Assembly (NCBI GenBank): GCA_965197745.1
Contig: CBDANS010000007.1
Span: 32,001-96,000 of the forward strand
From: Opitutales bacterium
Lineage (GTDB): Bacteria; Verrucomicrobiota; Verrucomicrobiia; Opitutales; PNEW01
Length of the DNA: 64,000 nt
Direction: 5' to 3'
Positions 1 to 9,744 of the stretch are shown one piece after another. The notes beneath the pieces were generated by a model. That model had not been told where the DNA came from. It saw nothing but the letters and a program-made list of their open reading frames with translations, and made no database searches. Made by a program: the position numbers and the translations under genes. How positions within the stretch are numbered: position 1 is the first letter of the stretch; the number at the start of each line of letters is the position of its first letter.

Positions 1-781
1 CCACGCCACCAATCAGTTTATCATCGATGCCTGCATTATTATAAGAAAGCAGAAGACGCAGGCGTTTGCCTACCTGGGTCGCCAAAGCCTGGGTTTTTAA
101 CTCCTGGGCATGTCCCTCGGTCATAGCAAATTCACCTTCCAGAGCGAGCACTTTAAGTGAATCGGGGGCACCTAAAAGATCCCAGAATGTCGCTTTTCCC
201 GCGGAGGAAGCAATACCAAGGCCCGATGGCCCGCCGTTGACATCGTTAGTCATATCGGTTGATTCAGCATGACCTGCTAAAGAACGGATACCGCGCAATT
301 TTGCTTGTGCAAAGAGTGGATGGTCTTCCAGGCCGTGCTCTTTCAACAAGGTTTTTAGAGCGCCTGCACCGCGTCGAAAGCCCAACGCGTCGATAGGTAA
401 AAAGGTAACTTCCGGTGCAACATGGTAACGCGAATCACCTGTAGCCAAATGCTTGCGCGCCAGGGTCTCGCCCATAATCATCCACAGGGCATAGGCGGTA
501 GGAATGTTGTGCCCACCGGCAAGCATGAATTTGTCGCAGAACGGATGCTTAGGCCTGCGGTAGTCGTAACGTAGACCTCCGAGCTGGGGACCGGCTAAAT
601 GGATCGCCACATTGTAAGGCGTGTACGCTAACGGCCCGCCAAAATGGCCCGTCTGAGAATAATTACAAAAAAGCACCATCGTCATACAAGTCATGTAACC
701 GATGTCCTCTAATCGTTCACGATCATAAGCTACAGTTAGTGGCTCAACAGCTGACAATAAAGTGTCCGTATTCATGGTCAT
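1..781 (-). CDS. Transketolase-like TPP-dependent enzyme, N-terminal part (runs off window start)
   Basis: Manual translation of the minus strand gives ...TGHFGG...DKFMLAGGH...GHAES...NGGPSGLG...EGEFAMTEG...YNNAGID (TPP-binding-like motif). Absent from the ORF track because the stop lies outside the window. Confidence 0.75.
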   Translation of the reverse strand, partial: MTMNTDTLLSAVEPLTVAYDRERLEDIGYMTCMTMVLFCNYSQTGHFGGPLAYTPYNVAIHLAGPQLGGLRYDYRRPKHPFCDKFMLAGGHNIPTAYALWMIMGETLARKHLATGDSRYHVAPEVTFLPIDALGFRRGAGALKTLLKEHGLEDHPLFAQAKLRGIRSLAGHAESTDMTNDVNGGPSGLGIASSAGKATFWDLLGAPDSLKVLALEGEFAMTEGHAQELKTQALATQVGKRLRLLLSYNNAGIDDKLIGGV

Positions 782-993
782 CGCAATACCTCGGCAGTTT
801 GGTTTAGATATTAGGTTTTGGTAATTTTGAGTTGCTGAATTATTTCATTAAAGAGTACCTCTGTCAAAATCGTTGTATCCGCACTAATTGAAATACAATT
901 TTGGTGAAGTCAATCTGCACATATTTGAGTAGCTGCGCCTATAAGAAATAGCCAAATGATGCACTTTGGAAAGGAAGAAATAGGGTCAGAGTG

Positions 994-2566
994 GAATGGC
1001 GTTAAGATAAGGGATAGAATGAGTGCAATAGATGCTTGTACAGGGACCGTTGGAGAGCTACCCTAACGAGCATGCAAAAACAAAACTTAACTCGTTATTT
1101 TCCAGGATTTAATCAGGTCCTGTTCGGTCGTGCTCCCCGAACAGCCCTTGCACAGATGGAGGGTAAGCTGGTAGAAATACGGCGGTCAAGTCTTTCCGAG
1201 CTATCGGATATCTTCGGGCAGTGGGTGCCGCAAAAGTATTTACACCGGAAGCCTCGAGGGGCTAACAGCCGGCGGAGATTGTTCAGCCAAAACGTGACCT
1301 TCTGGGCATTTTTGTTCCAAGTGCTCTCACCACGGACTGCCTGCCGGGAAGTGGTGCGCAAGCTCCAGAGCTATTGCAGCATGAAGGGGCTGAAGTTGGC
1401 TAAAGGAACGGCCTCGGCCTACTGTCAGGCGAGGCAACGGCTGTTGGTGCAAGACCTGCACGGGATCCATGAAGCGATCAGTGAAGAGGTGGCCGGGAGA
1501 GTGACCGACGATCAACGGTGGAAAGGTCACGAGGTAAAAGTGGTCGACGGCACGGGTATCGCCACCGCCGATACGCCGTGCTTGCAGAGGTGTTACCCAC
1601 AGCCTTCGCAGCAACGAAGCGGCTGCGGCTTTCCGGTGGTGAAGCTGGTGGGCTGTTTTTCTTTAGCCAGTGGGGCGCTTTTACACTGGATGGAGTCCTC
1701 ACTAAGGCATCATGACAGTGTGCTGTTGCGGGGCATGATCGGATTTTTTCAAAAGGGTGATGTGGTCCTTGCCGACCGGGGATTTTGCTCTTACCTCAAT
1801 ATTGCCCTGCTTAAAGGCCGCGGTGCTGAAGCGGTCATGCGTTTGCATCAGCAACGAAGAAGCGACTTTCGTCAGGGCAGGTCCTTGGGTAGGTATGACC
1901 GGCTGATCATGTGGAAGAAGCCGCAAAATGTCTTCGGCTTCAGTCGCGAGCAGTGGCGGCAAATCCCTGATGAGATCCCCGTACGGCTGGTGAAGATTTT
2001 CATTTTCATCAAAGGTTTCCGCGCCCATAGCGTAGACCTCGTGACTACCTTGAGCGATCCTCACCAATACTCCCACCACGATCTCGGAGAATTATACTAT
2101 CGGCGCTGGGCAGTGGAGCTTTACTTTCGCCACATCAAAACCACCATGGGGATGGAGATCCTGCGCTCTCGCTCGGTCGCTCTCGTGCGCAAAGAGATTG
2201 CGATGTTTGCCATCGCCTACAATCTCTCATCCGCGCTCTTTTGCAGCAAGCTGCCAGTGCCTTCCACCGCGACCTCTCCCGGCTAAGCTTCAAGGGGGCT
2301 GTTGACACCCTCCGCCAATATCAAAGTGCGCTCGCGGCCACCCGGTTTAATCCCAGAGCCCAACGATCTGTCATTGACGAGATGATACACCTCATTGCCC
2401 TCGAATCGGTCCCCCTACGTCCCTTCCGATACGAACCAAGAGTCCTCAAACGTAGACCTATACCTTTCCAACGATTGACTCATCCACGAGCCATGATGAC
2501 CGTCTCTGCTTCACGAAAAAACAAAGGCTTTTATCATCCTAAACCACCCTTATCTTAACGCCATTC
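994..2566 (+). mobile_element. IS4-family insertion sequence, copy 1 (1573 bp)
   Basis: Terminal inverted repeats GAATGGCGTTAAGATAAGGG / CCCTTATCTTAACGCCATTC; encodes a DDE transposase; near-identical inverted copy at 14909-16481. Confidence 0.92.
1072..2558 (+). pseudogene. IS4-family DDE transposase, frameshifted near C-terminus (ORFs 1036-2286 and 2241-2558)
   Basis: VVDGT, LADRGF and Y-x2-R-W-x-VE-x2-FR (YREK-like) motifs. An extra TC at ~2224-2228 (aat ctc[tc]atc cgc) breaks YNLIRALLQQAA. Confidence 0.85.
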
Positions 2567-2738
2567 CAGTCTGACCCCTTTGAGAATGGCTAGATATGAC
2601 CCCTTTTGACTTCTCCTTTCATGTTACCTGACCCTTCTTAAAATTCCGATCCAACGAATTTTATTACCCTTTTTCCTGTAAAGGCCGACAAGCTCGGTGC
2701 TCACACTCTACTGAAAGGTTTATTGGGCAAATGCTTTG

Positions 2739-3995
2739 CTAGGTTGATTTAGGTAAAGATGTCTCCCATGTTCTCAAAATCTCCCTCAACTCGGCCACCA
2801 CACTAGGATTTAGAGAGAACAGGTTCCTGCGTTCACCAATATCTTCTTCAAGGTTGAACAGAAACTGAGTCTCTACAGAGCCGTCAACAAGATACTTCCA
2901 TGGTCCCTGTCGTACAGCTTTATGTCTACCAAAACTCCAAAATAATGGTCGCTCGTTAGTTACCGCACCCTCGCTGACGACAGGGATCAGGCTGGTACCG
3001 TCAAGAGAGGAGGGTAGGTTATCTAGACCAGCAGCATCAAGTATGGTAGCAGTGATATCCATTGAGATGGCTGGTTGAGACGAAGTCTTGTTAGCAGGAA
3101 TATGACCCGGCCAACGAAGGAGCATTGGCACACGTATTCCACCTTCCCACAGCGTTGCAAATCCGTGAAACAACGGATCAGAACGCACCAAGTGTCTGCC
3201 GCCATGATCGTAAGCGAAAATGACTAAGGTTTGTTCACTAAGTCTATTCTTATCTAAGGAGGTCAACACTTTTCCAATACCTGCATCCATGGCTTCAACC
3301 ATTGGTATATAATCTTGGCGACTGGCTTCATTGACATCCCATCCGCTATCCCATGCATCTTCAGGCATATCCGGTGGTTGATAAGGTGGGAGGGCTGTGT
3401 TGTAAGCGAGATACAAGAAAAAGGGTTCGTCTGCATTGGCTTGACGGTCGATGAAACCAAGTGATTCTTCCGTCAGGATATCCGTGAGATAGCCATGACG
3501 CTTAACAGGTAAATCGTTGTAGTAAAGTCCGGGCTCACCGTCCATTGTCTGGTGTGAATGGTAGCTGATGGTCCAGTCGTGGAAGCCTAGAAATTCATCA
3601 AACCCATGCGCATTTGGACTATGTGCCGGTTGAGATCCCAGATGCCATTTGCCGAAAAGTGCCGTTGTATAACCATCTTCTTTAAGATAACTGGCCAATG
3701 TTTTGTATGCGGTTGATAGGCCATCTTCACCGGACACGTTTCCTGTTATCCCAACTCGATTCGGATAAAATCCTGTAAGTAAAGCAGCCCGAGATGGGCT
3801 GCAGATTGGGGCAGCACCGAAGAAGTCCGTGAACTTGGTTCCTTCATGTGCCAACCTGTCCAGTGCCGGAGTAGTGATATCCTCTGCCCCAAACGGCCCT
3901 ATATCTCTGTAACCCATATAATCTGAAACAATCAAAATCACGTTAGGTGACTGGGATTTCGGATTTTTCTGTGTGTGGTCGAAATTTGAAGTCAA
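2739..3995 (-). CDS. Sulfatase (formylglycine-dependent, arylsulfatase-like)
   Basis: CSPSRAALLTG (CxPxR) and GKWHLG motifs. Confidence 0.92.
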   Translation of the reverse strand: MTSNFDHTQKNPKSQSPNVILIVSDYMGYRDIGPFGAEDITTPALDRLAHEGTKFTDFFGAAPICSPSRAALLTGFYPNRVGITGNVSGEDGLSTAYKTLASYLKEDGYTTALFGKWHLGSQPAHSPNAHGFDEFLGFHDWTISYHSHQTMDGEPGLYYNDLPVKRHGYLTDILTEESLGFIDRQANADEPFFLYLAYNTALPPYQPPDMPEDAWDSGWDVNEASRQDYIPMVEAMDAGIGKVLTSLDKNRLSEQTLVIFAYDHGGRHLVRSDPLFHGFATLWEGGIRVPMLLRWPGHIPANKTSSQPAISMDITATILDAAGLDNLPSSLDGTSLIPVVSEGAVTNERPLFWSFGRHKAVRQGPWKYLVDGSVETQFLFNLEEDIGERRNLFSLNPSVVAELREILRTWETSLPKST

Positions 3996-4072
3996 CGTAT
4001 ACCTCCTTATGCCATTTTAAATTATTCGTGCAATCACTGACCCCTAGATAGTGTCTACTACGTTTCGGTGTG

Positions 4073-4139
4073 GCCTAACGACTGAGTTCACATTATTGTG
4101 AAGCGTAAAAAAAATGTCAGGAGGAACGAATTGTTATAC
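4073..4139 (-). other. attC site
   Basis: Minus strand GTATAAC (R'', overlapping the upstream stop) ... GTTAGGC (R') with imperfect internal palindrome. Confidence 0.7.
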
Positions 4140-4808
4140 ATCTTCAATAAAAATCACTTTTACAGATTCCGTTATTACTCTACCCTTATGTTTATGCGCT
4201 GCTCCATCTGGAATAAATACCCCATCTCCTTCTTTATATATTAATTTTTCATTTGCGTATTCAATTTCTAATTCACCCTCAAGAATTAAACCATAGTGCC
4301 CTATTTCACACCAGTGTGGGGGCATTTTTTTTGTGTATTCTATAAGACGTATATGTCTGTTTTCGTAATTATATGTCTTACACTTCACTCCTTCCACGGG
4401 AGATTCCCATTCAATATTATCAAAATTAATTTTATATTGGAGCATTTGTCTTCCACCAAGCACGGTTCCATCCTCCGCCCTGAGTCTTTTTCCGGCATGG
4501 ATATTCCAATGTAAATGTTTTGAGTTCTGGTAACTACCCACATTCGAGCAAACTCGGCATCCCCCTAACTCTCGCTCGAGATCACTAGAAATTTCATGAA
4601 TTGCCTTCATGAAATCTTTCGCTAACTCCGGGTCAAGTGACTCCAGCGAGGAAAGGGAGTCAATATGAGACTTGGGTATGACTACAATGTGGCGCTCAAA
4701 ATACGGATTTGTGTGGTGAAAGGCTAGTATCTGTTCTGTTTCTAGAACTACCTCAACAGGAACCCTTCCAGGGAGAATTTGTTCGCAGTAAATATCGCTC
4801 ATATTCAA
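4134..4808 (-). CDS. HIT-family protein fused in frame to a cupin domain
   Basis: N-half has HLHWNIH (HIT-like); after ...GGRQM a cupin (HWCEIGHYG...H-K-H). Confidence 0.75.
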   Translation of the reverse strand: MNMSDIYCEQILPGRVPVEVVLETEQILAFHHTNPYFERHIVVIPKSHIDSLSSLESLDPELAKDFMKAIHEISSDLERELGGCRVCSNVGSYQNSKHLHWNIHAGKRLRAEDGTVLGGRQMLQYKINFDNIEWESPVEGVKCKTYNYENRHIRLIEYTKKMPPHWCEIGHYGLILEGELEIEYANEKLIYKEGDGVFIPDGAAHKHKGRVITESVKVIFIEDV

Positions 4809-5042
4809 TTACTGAAGCATAACAAGTGATCCTAAAATTCTGTATATTTGCGTAGAAGGATACTGTCTTCGAATATCACGGCTAGTGCAACAGGCAATAT
4901 CCAGAATTAATGATGGTACCTTCTTGAGGTAGCGCTCAAATGCAAGCCGACACATCGTTGGCGTTTCATCGTTTACTTCAGGATATAACTTCTCATAGAG
5001 CTCGGGACGGTCATAGAGTAGGTTCTTGACGCTCTTATCCAT
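4809..5042 (-). pseudogene. Truncated SAM-dependent methyltransferase fragment
   Basis: N-terminus up to ILDIACCTSRD (motif I-like), then runs into the attI-like element at 4821-4870. Confidence 0.65.
4821..4870 (-). other. attI-like element, family 1
   Basis: Minus strand ...AATATACAGAATTTTAGGATCACTT^GTTATGC; homologous to copies at 5061, 11791, 18450, 21020, 49002, 49770. Confidence 0.7.
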
Positions 5043-5060
5043 AGCTCAATTCCAGTGTCG

Positions 5061-5090
5061 AACAAGTGATCGTGTAGAAATGTTGTTTTC
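5061..5090 (-). other. attI-like element, family 1 (internally deleted)
   Basis: Plus strand aacaagtgatc-gtgtag equals the family consensus lacking ~18 bp; core GTTCGAC. Confidence 0.6.
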
Positions 5091-5150
5091 TCAGAGTTAT
5101 CGCTTCAGCAGCAGCAAGGTCAAGGTGTAATGCCCCCGTTTTCTAAGCTG

Positions 5151-5756
5151 CTATCGCAGCCGAAGTATCAGCACCCAGGCAATGAAGTCATTCTCCGACG
5201 TCACGCCGAATCTTTCTTGGGACACGGAATAGAACTGAAAGTGCGACTCGCACGCATCCACGAGTTCGGCGAGAGAGAGTCGTGGGTAACCTCGGGGGTC
5301 CGGTCCTCCGTCGCGACCACGATTGTCTGCGCAACCTGTCACGTCGATCCACCATCCCCTCGGCTTTAGTACACACGCAACTCGCTCGGCAAACTCGCCA
5401 CGTTGCGATTGGTCTTCGAAGTTGGAGATCACGCTTCTGTCAAACACTAGATCGTAGGGGCCGCCTGGATCATTGTGGAAAAAATCACTGACCGTAAACT
5501 CTACATCTAAGCCGCGACGAACTGCTTCGGAGCGCGCGGTATCAATAGCTGATTTTACAATATCGATCCCCCGAACCTTGAAACCTGCTGTTGCAAGGTG
5601 CAGCGCCTGTGTACCGACACCGCATCCAACATCAAGGATACGCCCACCATCTGGCAGAAGCTCTCGGACCATGTTCTCGAGTGGTGCCCACGGCATCCCA
5701 TCCTCCCAGGGTGTTTGACCCTGTCGGTACCACTCGTGCCAATCGAGAGAGGTCAT
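5151..5756 (-). CDS. Class I SAM-dependent methyltransferase (TPMT-like)
   Basis: ILDVGCGVG motif, N-terminal W..Y..G.TPW, YDLVFDRS. Confidence 0.85.
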   Translation of the reverse strand: MTSLDWHEWYRQGQTPWEDGMPWAPLENMVRELLPDGGRILDVGCGVGTQALHLATAGFKVRGIDIVKSAIDTARSEAVRRGLDVEFTVSDFFHNDPGGPYDLVFDRSVISNFEDQSQRGEFAERVACVLKPRGWWIDVTGCADNRGRDGGPDPRGYPRLSLAELVDACESHFQFYSVSQERFGVTSENDFIAWVLILRLR

Positions 5757-5768
5757 AGAGTTATCGTC

Positions 5769-6122
5769 TCACGGCTGCTGGCGGAGTTCAAATCCATTAC
5801 CTTCGCAATCTTGGAAACGGGCGACCCTATCGGATACTCTACCCCTGGGTTCGATAAGTTCGATCAAGCGCCCTCCAAGTTGCTCTATATCTGCTTGAAT
5901 CTCTTCAATATGGTTTACTTCAAGATTCAGACCGGCGTGAGGCAAAGGACCTTCATCATCAGAGGGAAGAATATGTAGCGCCAACTGAATGGCGCCGAAA
6001 TCCAGCATTGTCCAACCTGGAGATTCAACTGACGGCTTTACATCAAAGGCTTTCATATAGAAGTCCTTTGCTCGATTCATTTCATATACGTAATGAATTA
6101 CTATAGGATTTTTCGCTTTCAT
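5769..6122 (-). CDS. VOC/glyoxalase family protein
   Basis: AKDFY...F, LNLEV, FQDCEGNGFEL motifs; start moved to MKAKNP. Confidence 0.85.
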   Translation of the reverse strand: MKAKNPIVIHYVYEMNRAKDFYMKAFDVKPSVESPGWTMLDFGAIQLALHILPSDDEGPLPHAGLNLEVNHIEEIQADIEQLGGRLIELIEPRGRVSDRVARFQDCEGNGFELRQQP

Positions 6123-6123
6123 G

Positions 6124-6825
6124 TTACCTGACTCCTTTTGCAATTTCTGTATCGACCGATTTGTTCAGTCGATTTTTGTAAGCTGCTATTCCAAATGATA
6201 TGTCGGAGAATCTCTTCCAGACAACCTCGAATCCAAGCTTTTGTAGCTGCTCTAGCGACTCTTCAAGGTGCCAGAAGAATTCATCGCTCAGAGCCTCAGC
6301 AACGACTTCGTTTCCAAGCCTTCTGTATTCTTTGATCTTTTCGTTATTCGCTCTCGCGTTCTTAACCATGAGATCGCCGAAGACAGCCGCTCCACCATCG
6401 CCAAGGCTGGACCATAGTTCCTGAAAAAAGTGACTCTTCTCTTCTTCAGTCAAGTGATGAATTGTATACGTACTCAAAACTGCATCGAATAGTCCGAGAT
6501 CGCGCTCGAAAACTGCAAGAACGTCGTCGTTAATAAAGGTGCGATGATTTAGATGAGCGTTCTTATCGCGGGATAATTCCTCCATTCGGTCGGAAACGTC
6601 TACACAAACGACCTCTTTGCATTGAGGTATTCTCTTTGTCAGGTTGCCAGTGCCGGAGCCTAGCTCCAAGACTCTTGAGGAATCCTCTATACCAGCAACA
6701 GCTACAACCCAGTCGAGAACTGACTCGTAGTTGGTTCGGATGGGATCGGAATCGTTGAGAACGTCTGCATCGTAACCATCAGCTTCTTCGTCATGATTGA
6801 AGTAATCTGCGTGAGTGCTTCTCAT
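6124..6825 (-). CDS. Class I SAM-dependent methyltransferase
   Basis: VLELGSGTG, YTIHHL; start set after the attC at 6833. Confidence 0.85.
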   Translation of the reverse strand: MRSTHADYFNHDEEADGYDADVLNDSDPIRTNYESVLDWVVAVAGIEDSSRVLELGSGTGNLTKRIPQCKEVVCVDVSDRMEELSRDKNAHLNHRTFINDDVLAVFERDLGLFDAVLSTYTIHHLTEEEKSHFFQELWSSLGDGGAAVFGDLMVKNARANNEKIKEYRRLGNEVVAEALSDEFFWHLEESLEQLQKLGFEVVWKRFSDISFGIAAYKNRLNKSVDTEIAKGVR

Positions 6826-6832
6826 TTTTTTA

Positions 6833-6896
6833 CTCGAACGTCGAAGGTCTGGCATAGCAGCGCTAGCCTGCATTGTCCAGGAACGCTTGGTTATGT
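6833..6896 (-). other. attC site
   Basis: Minus strand ACATAAC...CTGG..GC/GC..CCAG...GTTCGAG. Confidence 0.8.
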
Positions 6897-6912
6897 CTGT
6901 TTCGTTTACCTC

Positions 6913-7938
6913 CTAGTGAGTCCGTTGGAATATGTAGCCGATCGAGTTCCTGGCAATCTCCTTTGTCACGGAGTTCGGTAATTCATTTGTATGCTCAGCT
7001 AGCTTCTTCAGCGCTTCGTCTGCGAGACGCACGGCTTCCTGCTGCGCATAATCGATTGATCCGAGTTCTTTAAATGTATCCAGAACCCACTTAATCTCCT
7101 GGTCGGTCCGGTCATTCCGCTGCTTTCCATATATTTTCCGCAACTCGTCCACCTTCGCGGATGATGCATGTTGTACGGCGTGCCAAAGGATCAATGTCTT
7201 AGCACCACTGCGGACATCATTCCCAATTGATTTTCCGAGAACCCTTTCTGTCGACGTGCAATCCAACACGTCGTCTGTCAACTGAAAGGCCTTGCCGGCC
7301 GGAACGCCATATTCTGGTATCGCATCGATAGCTGGCTGGGATGCACCGGCTATAATCGCTCCGCATTGCATCGGACCGTAAACACTATAATAGGCTGCCT
7401 TCGCATGAATCGATTCGTAATACATTTCAGGCGTAAAATCGGTGACTTCGGTCGTGCATTCGCTTAGGTTGATGTCTAGATATTGACCTTCGTGGGTCGT
7501 GTGCATGATGTCGTAGAATCGCTCAAGATACCTTCTACCTCGTTCCTTGCCGATCGTTTCCGCTGCGTCTATCGCCGCCTTCCAGCTAAATGCCTGAAGG
7601 TGGCTGCCGGCCAGAATGGCGTATCGCTCACCGTGCATGATGTGCGCAGCTGGTCCGTTCCGTCTGATTAGATTGCCATCCATCCAATCATCATGCATGA
7701 GAAAGTAGTCCTCAGACAGCTGTGCTGCAGCAGCGGGTAGAATCGCATCTTCATCATTCCCCCCATACAGGACAGTCCAAAGGATTAGGTAAACTGGCCT
7801 CCGGTATTGGCCTTGGCGGTCAACGTAGGTGCGAACCATGTTATGGTACGTCTCCGGCTCACCTCCGGGTAGGTATCTACATACAGTTTCGTAGATCCTA
7901 TCTCTGTAGGAACTCTTGAAGGATTGGAAGTCGTTCAT
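6913..7938 (-). CDS. Polyprenyl synthetase (trans-isoprenyl diphosphate synthase family)
   Basis: Two DDxxD motifs (HDDWMD, TDDVLD), RR loop, GQYLD, GK..GND. Confidence 0.9.
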   Translation of the reverse strand: MNDFQSFKSSYRDRIYETVCRYLPGGEPETYHNMVRTYVDRQGQYRRPVYLILWTVLYGGNDEDAILPAAAAQLSEDYFLMHDDWMDGNLIRRNGPAAHIMHGERYAILAGSHLQAFSWKAAIDAAETIGKERGRRYLERFYDIMHTTHEGQYLDINLSECTTEVTDFTPEMYYESIHAKAAYYSVYGPMQCGAIIAGASQPAIDAIPEYGVPAGKAFQLTDDVLDCTSTERVLGKSIGNDVRSGAKTLILWHAVQHASSAKVDELRKIYGKQRNDRTDQEIKWVLDTFKELGSIDYAQQEAVRLADEALKKLAEHTNELPNSVTKEIARNSIGYIFQRTH

Positions 7939-7946
7939 TTCAGTTG

Positions 7947-8019
7947 GTATAAAGATAAAGCTCTCAGGATTTCATGAAGTCCCAGCGAAATGAAATTCTT
8001 GTGCAGCGCATTGTTGGAT
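7947..8019 (-). other. attC site with mutated R' (TTTATAC)
   Basis: ATCCAAC AATGCGCTGCACAAGAATTTCAT...ATGAAATCCTGAGAGC TTTATC TTTATAC. Confidence 0.75.
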
Positions 8020-8040
8020 GTTCCATTTCTGTACAGTACA

Positions 8041-8469
8041 TCAGAGACACTCGCTTATCCTCGCAGCATAAGAATCCCGCGTTACCTGATCTGAAGTTGG
8101 CGGTTCCGCGGGATAGACGCGAAGGAATCCATCGGCGGTCTTTCGCGGATGAATATGAAAATGGAGATGCGGAACCTCCTGGAATGCCGCGGGCCCGATC
8201 GAGTGCCAGAGGCTGAGACCTTCGCCTGGGAAGGCTGTGTCGACAGCCCGCGTTATCCGTGAAATCGTTTCCATAAGAGCTGTGCCGGTGGGGGTGTCCA
8301 GTTCCCGTACGTCGGGAATATGCCGACGAGGGATCACCAGTGTGTGCCCGGCGTGGAACTGCCGAATATCCACGAAGGCCATTGTCAGGTCATCCTCGTA
8401 GACGATGCTGGCGGTACGTGTTCTCTGCGCGATTTCGCAAAACACACAGGCCTCATGTGTTCCGTTCAT
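8041..8469 (-). CDS. HIT family protein
   Basis: CVFC, GHTLVIPRRH, HLHFHIHP. Confidence 0.92.
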   Translation of the reverse strand: MNGTHEACVFCEIAQRTRTASIVYEDDLTMAFVDIRQFHAGHTLVIPRRHIPDVRELDTPTGTALMETISRITRAVDTAFPGEGLSLWHSIGPAAFQEVPHLHFHIHPRKTADGFLRVYPAEPPTSDQVTRDSYAARISECL

Positions 8470-8471
8470 CT

Positions 8472-9125
8472 TCAGCTTGTGACGATCCCTCGCCACACCC
8501 TTTTGAATGGTTTCCCTGTCTCTCTGTCAGGAATTTCAATATGTTCAAGCCGTAGAGATGCCCAGATTTGGAATAGAGATTCCAATTTTTCCCTGAAGAA
8601 GAAATGAACAGTCTGTCCATCTTTCTCAAGAATTAGGTTCTCACCCAGTTCTGCAAGTACTGGCTTTCTCAATGCGCGAAGCTCACGATCTTCAGTGGAG
8701 TTTACATGGAAAATAAACTGTCCTGAAAGTTTCAGCACCCGTTTCACCTCCATGATGATGCTCTGAGTTGTCGCGTCATCAAACATATGAAGGGTGACAT
8801 TTGAAAAAACAGCGTCGAAAAGGTCGTCAGGAAAGGGAAGCGTATGTGCCATGTCGGCTTGTATGAATTCAGCCCCCGGGATCGACTTCGATTTCGCCAT
8901 TGAAATCGCTTTATCGGAGAATTCAAGCCCTGTTACGCGAAAACCCGCTTTTGATAAACGAGCCACGTCATTTCCGGATCCGCAGCCAAGGTCCAGGATG
9001 CTCCGGCATCCACGCGCTCGAAGGACATCAATGAACGGGTCAATCCATAGACCACCCCAATTCAGGTCACCATATTGATCGAACCGCCTATCCCAGACGG
9101 AAGAGTCTGCATAAGATGAAGTCAT
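8472..9125 (-). CDS. Class I SAM-dependent methyltransferase
   Basis: ILDLGCGSG, FDAVFSNVTLH. Confidence 0.88.
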   Translation of the reverse strand: MTSSYADSSVWDRRFDQYGDLNWGGLWIDPFIDVLRARGCRSILDLGCGSGNDVARLSKAGFRVTGLEFSDKAISMAKSKSIPGAEFIQADMAHTLPFPDDLFDAVFSNVTLHMFDDATTQSIIMEVKRVLKLSGQFIFHVNSTEDRELRALRKPVLAELGENLILEKDGQTVHFFFREKLESLFQIWASLRLEHIEIPDRETGKPFKRVWRGIVTS

Positions 9126-9138
9126 AAATATATCTCTC

Positions 9139-9227
9139 AGCTAACGTTAGAGCTCACCGGCCTTGGCTTGTAGTTGCTGCACTGGAAGTGCAGCTAGCCG
9201 AGGCCCGTGTGCAGCTAATAGTTATAC
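9139..9227 (-). other. attC site (canonical, 89 bp)
   Basis: GTATAAC TATTA GCTGCAC...GGCCTCGGCT...GCTGCACT TCC AGTGCAGC...AGCCAAGGCC GGTGAGC TCTAAC GTTAGCT. Confidence 0.92.
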
Positions 9228-9232
9228 AAATC

Positions 9233-9679
9233 TTATAATTCATAAACATACTCAAAATTATGATCACCATCTAACTTTGCCCCTGTTGATTCATATAATT
9301 TCTGAGCTTCAATATTATTATGTCCTGTTCCAACCCATATTTCCATAATGTTTTCATTCTTACCTATATCTTTCATCAGTTGAATCATCGACTTCCCAAT
9401 TCCTTTTCTTCTATGTTTCTCATCTACTCCAATTTCATATAAGTACACCATATATTTATCTCTATCAATTCTTGGGAATTTATGTGCAATTAAAAAACCT
9501 ACAGGCTCATCATTTATTAACCCCAAAATCAAATAATTACATGGATTATGAAGTAATTCTAGGATGTGTATTGAACTTGGGTAGCGACTTTTCCCCTCAA
9601 CATTTATTTTTAGTTTGATGATCGCTTCAATAGCAAGCTGATCATCATTAGGGGATAGCCGTTTGACTTCAAAATTCAT
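9233..9679 (-). CDS. GNAT family N-acetyltransferase
   Basis: YEIGVDEKHRRKGIG, N..A..LYESTG; start after the attC. Confidence 0.88.
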   Translation of the reverse strand: MNFEVKRLSPNDDQLAIEAIIKLKINVEGKSRYPSSIHILELLHNPCNYLILGLINDEPVGFLIAHKFPRIDRDKYMVYLYEIGVDEKHRRKGIGKSMIQLMKDIGKNENIMEIWVGTGHNNIEAQKLYESTGAKLDGDHNFEYVYEL

Positions 9680-9687
9680 TTCTATTT

Positions 9688-9744
9688 GTATAACGTCAGC
9701 CATCAGGCGTGCCATTTGGCATCGCCTGCATGGCAGGGTTGGGA
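9688..9744 (-). other. attC site (57 bp)
   Basis: TCCCAAC CCTGCCATGCAGGCG ATGCCA AA TGGCA CGCCTGATGGC TGAC GTTATAC. Confidence 0.9.
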
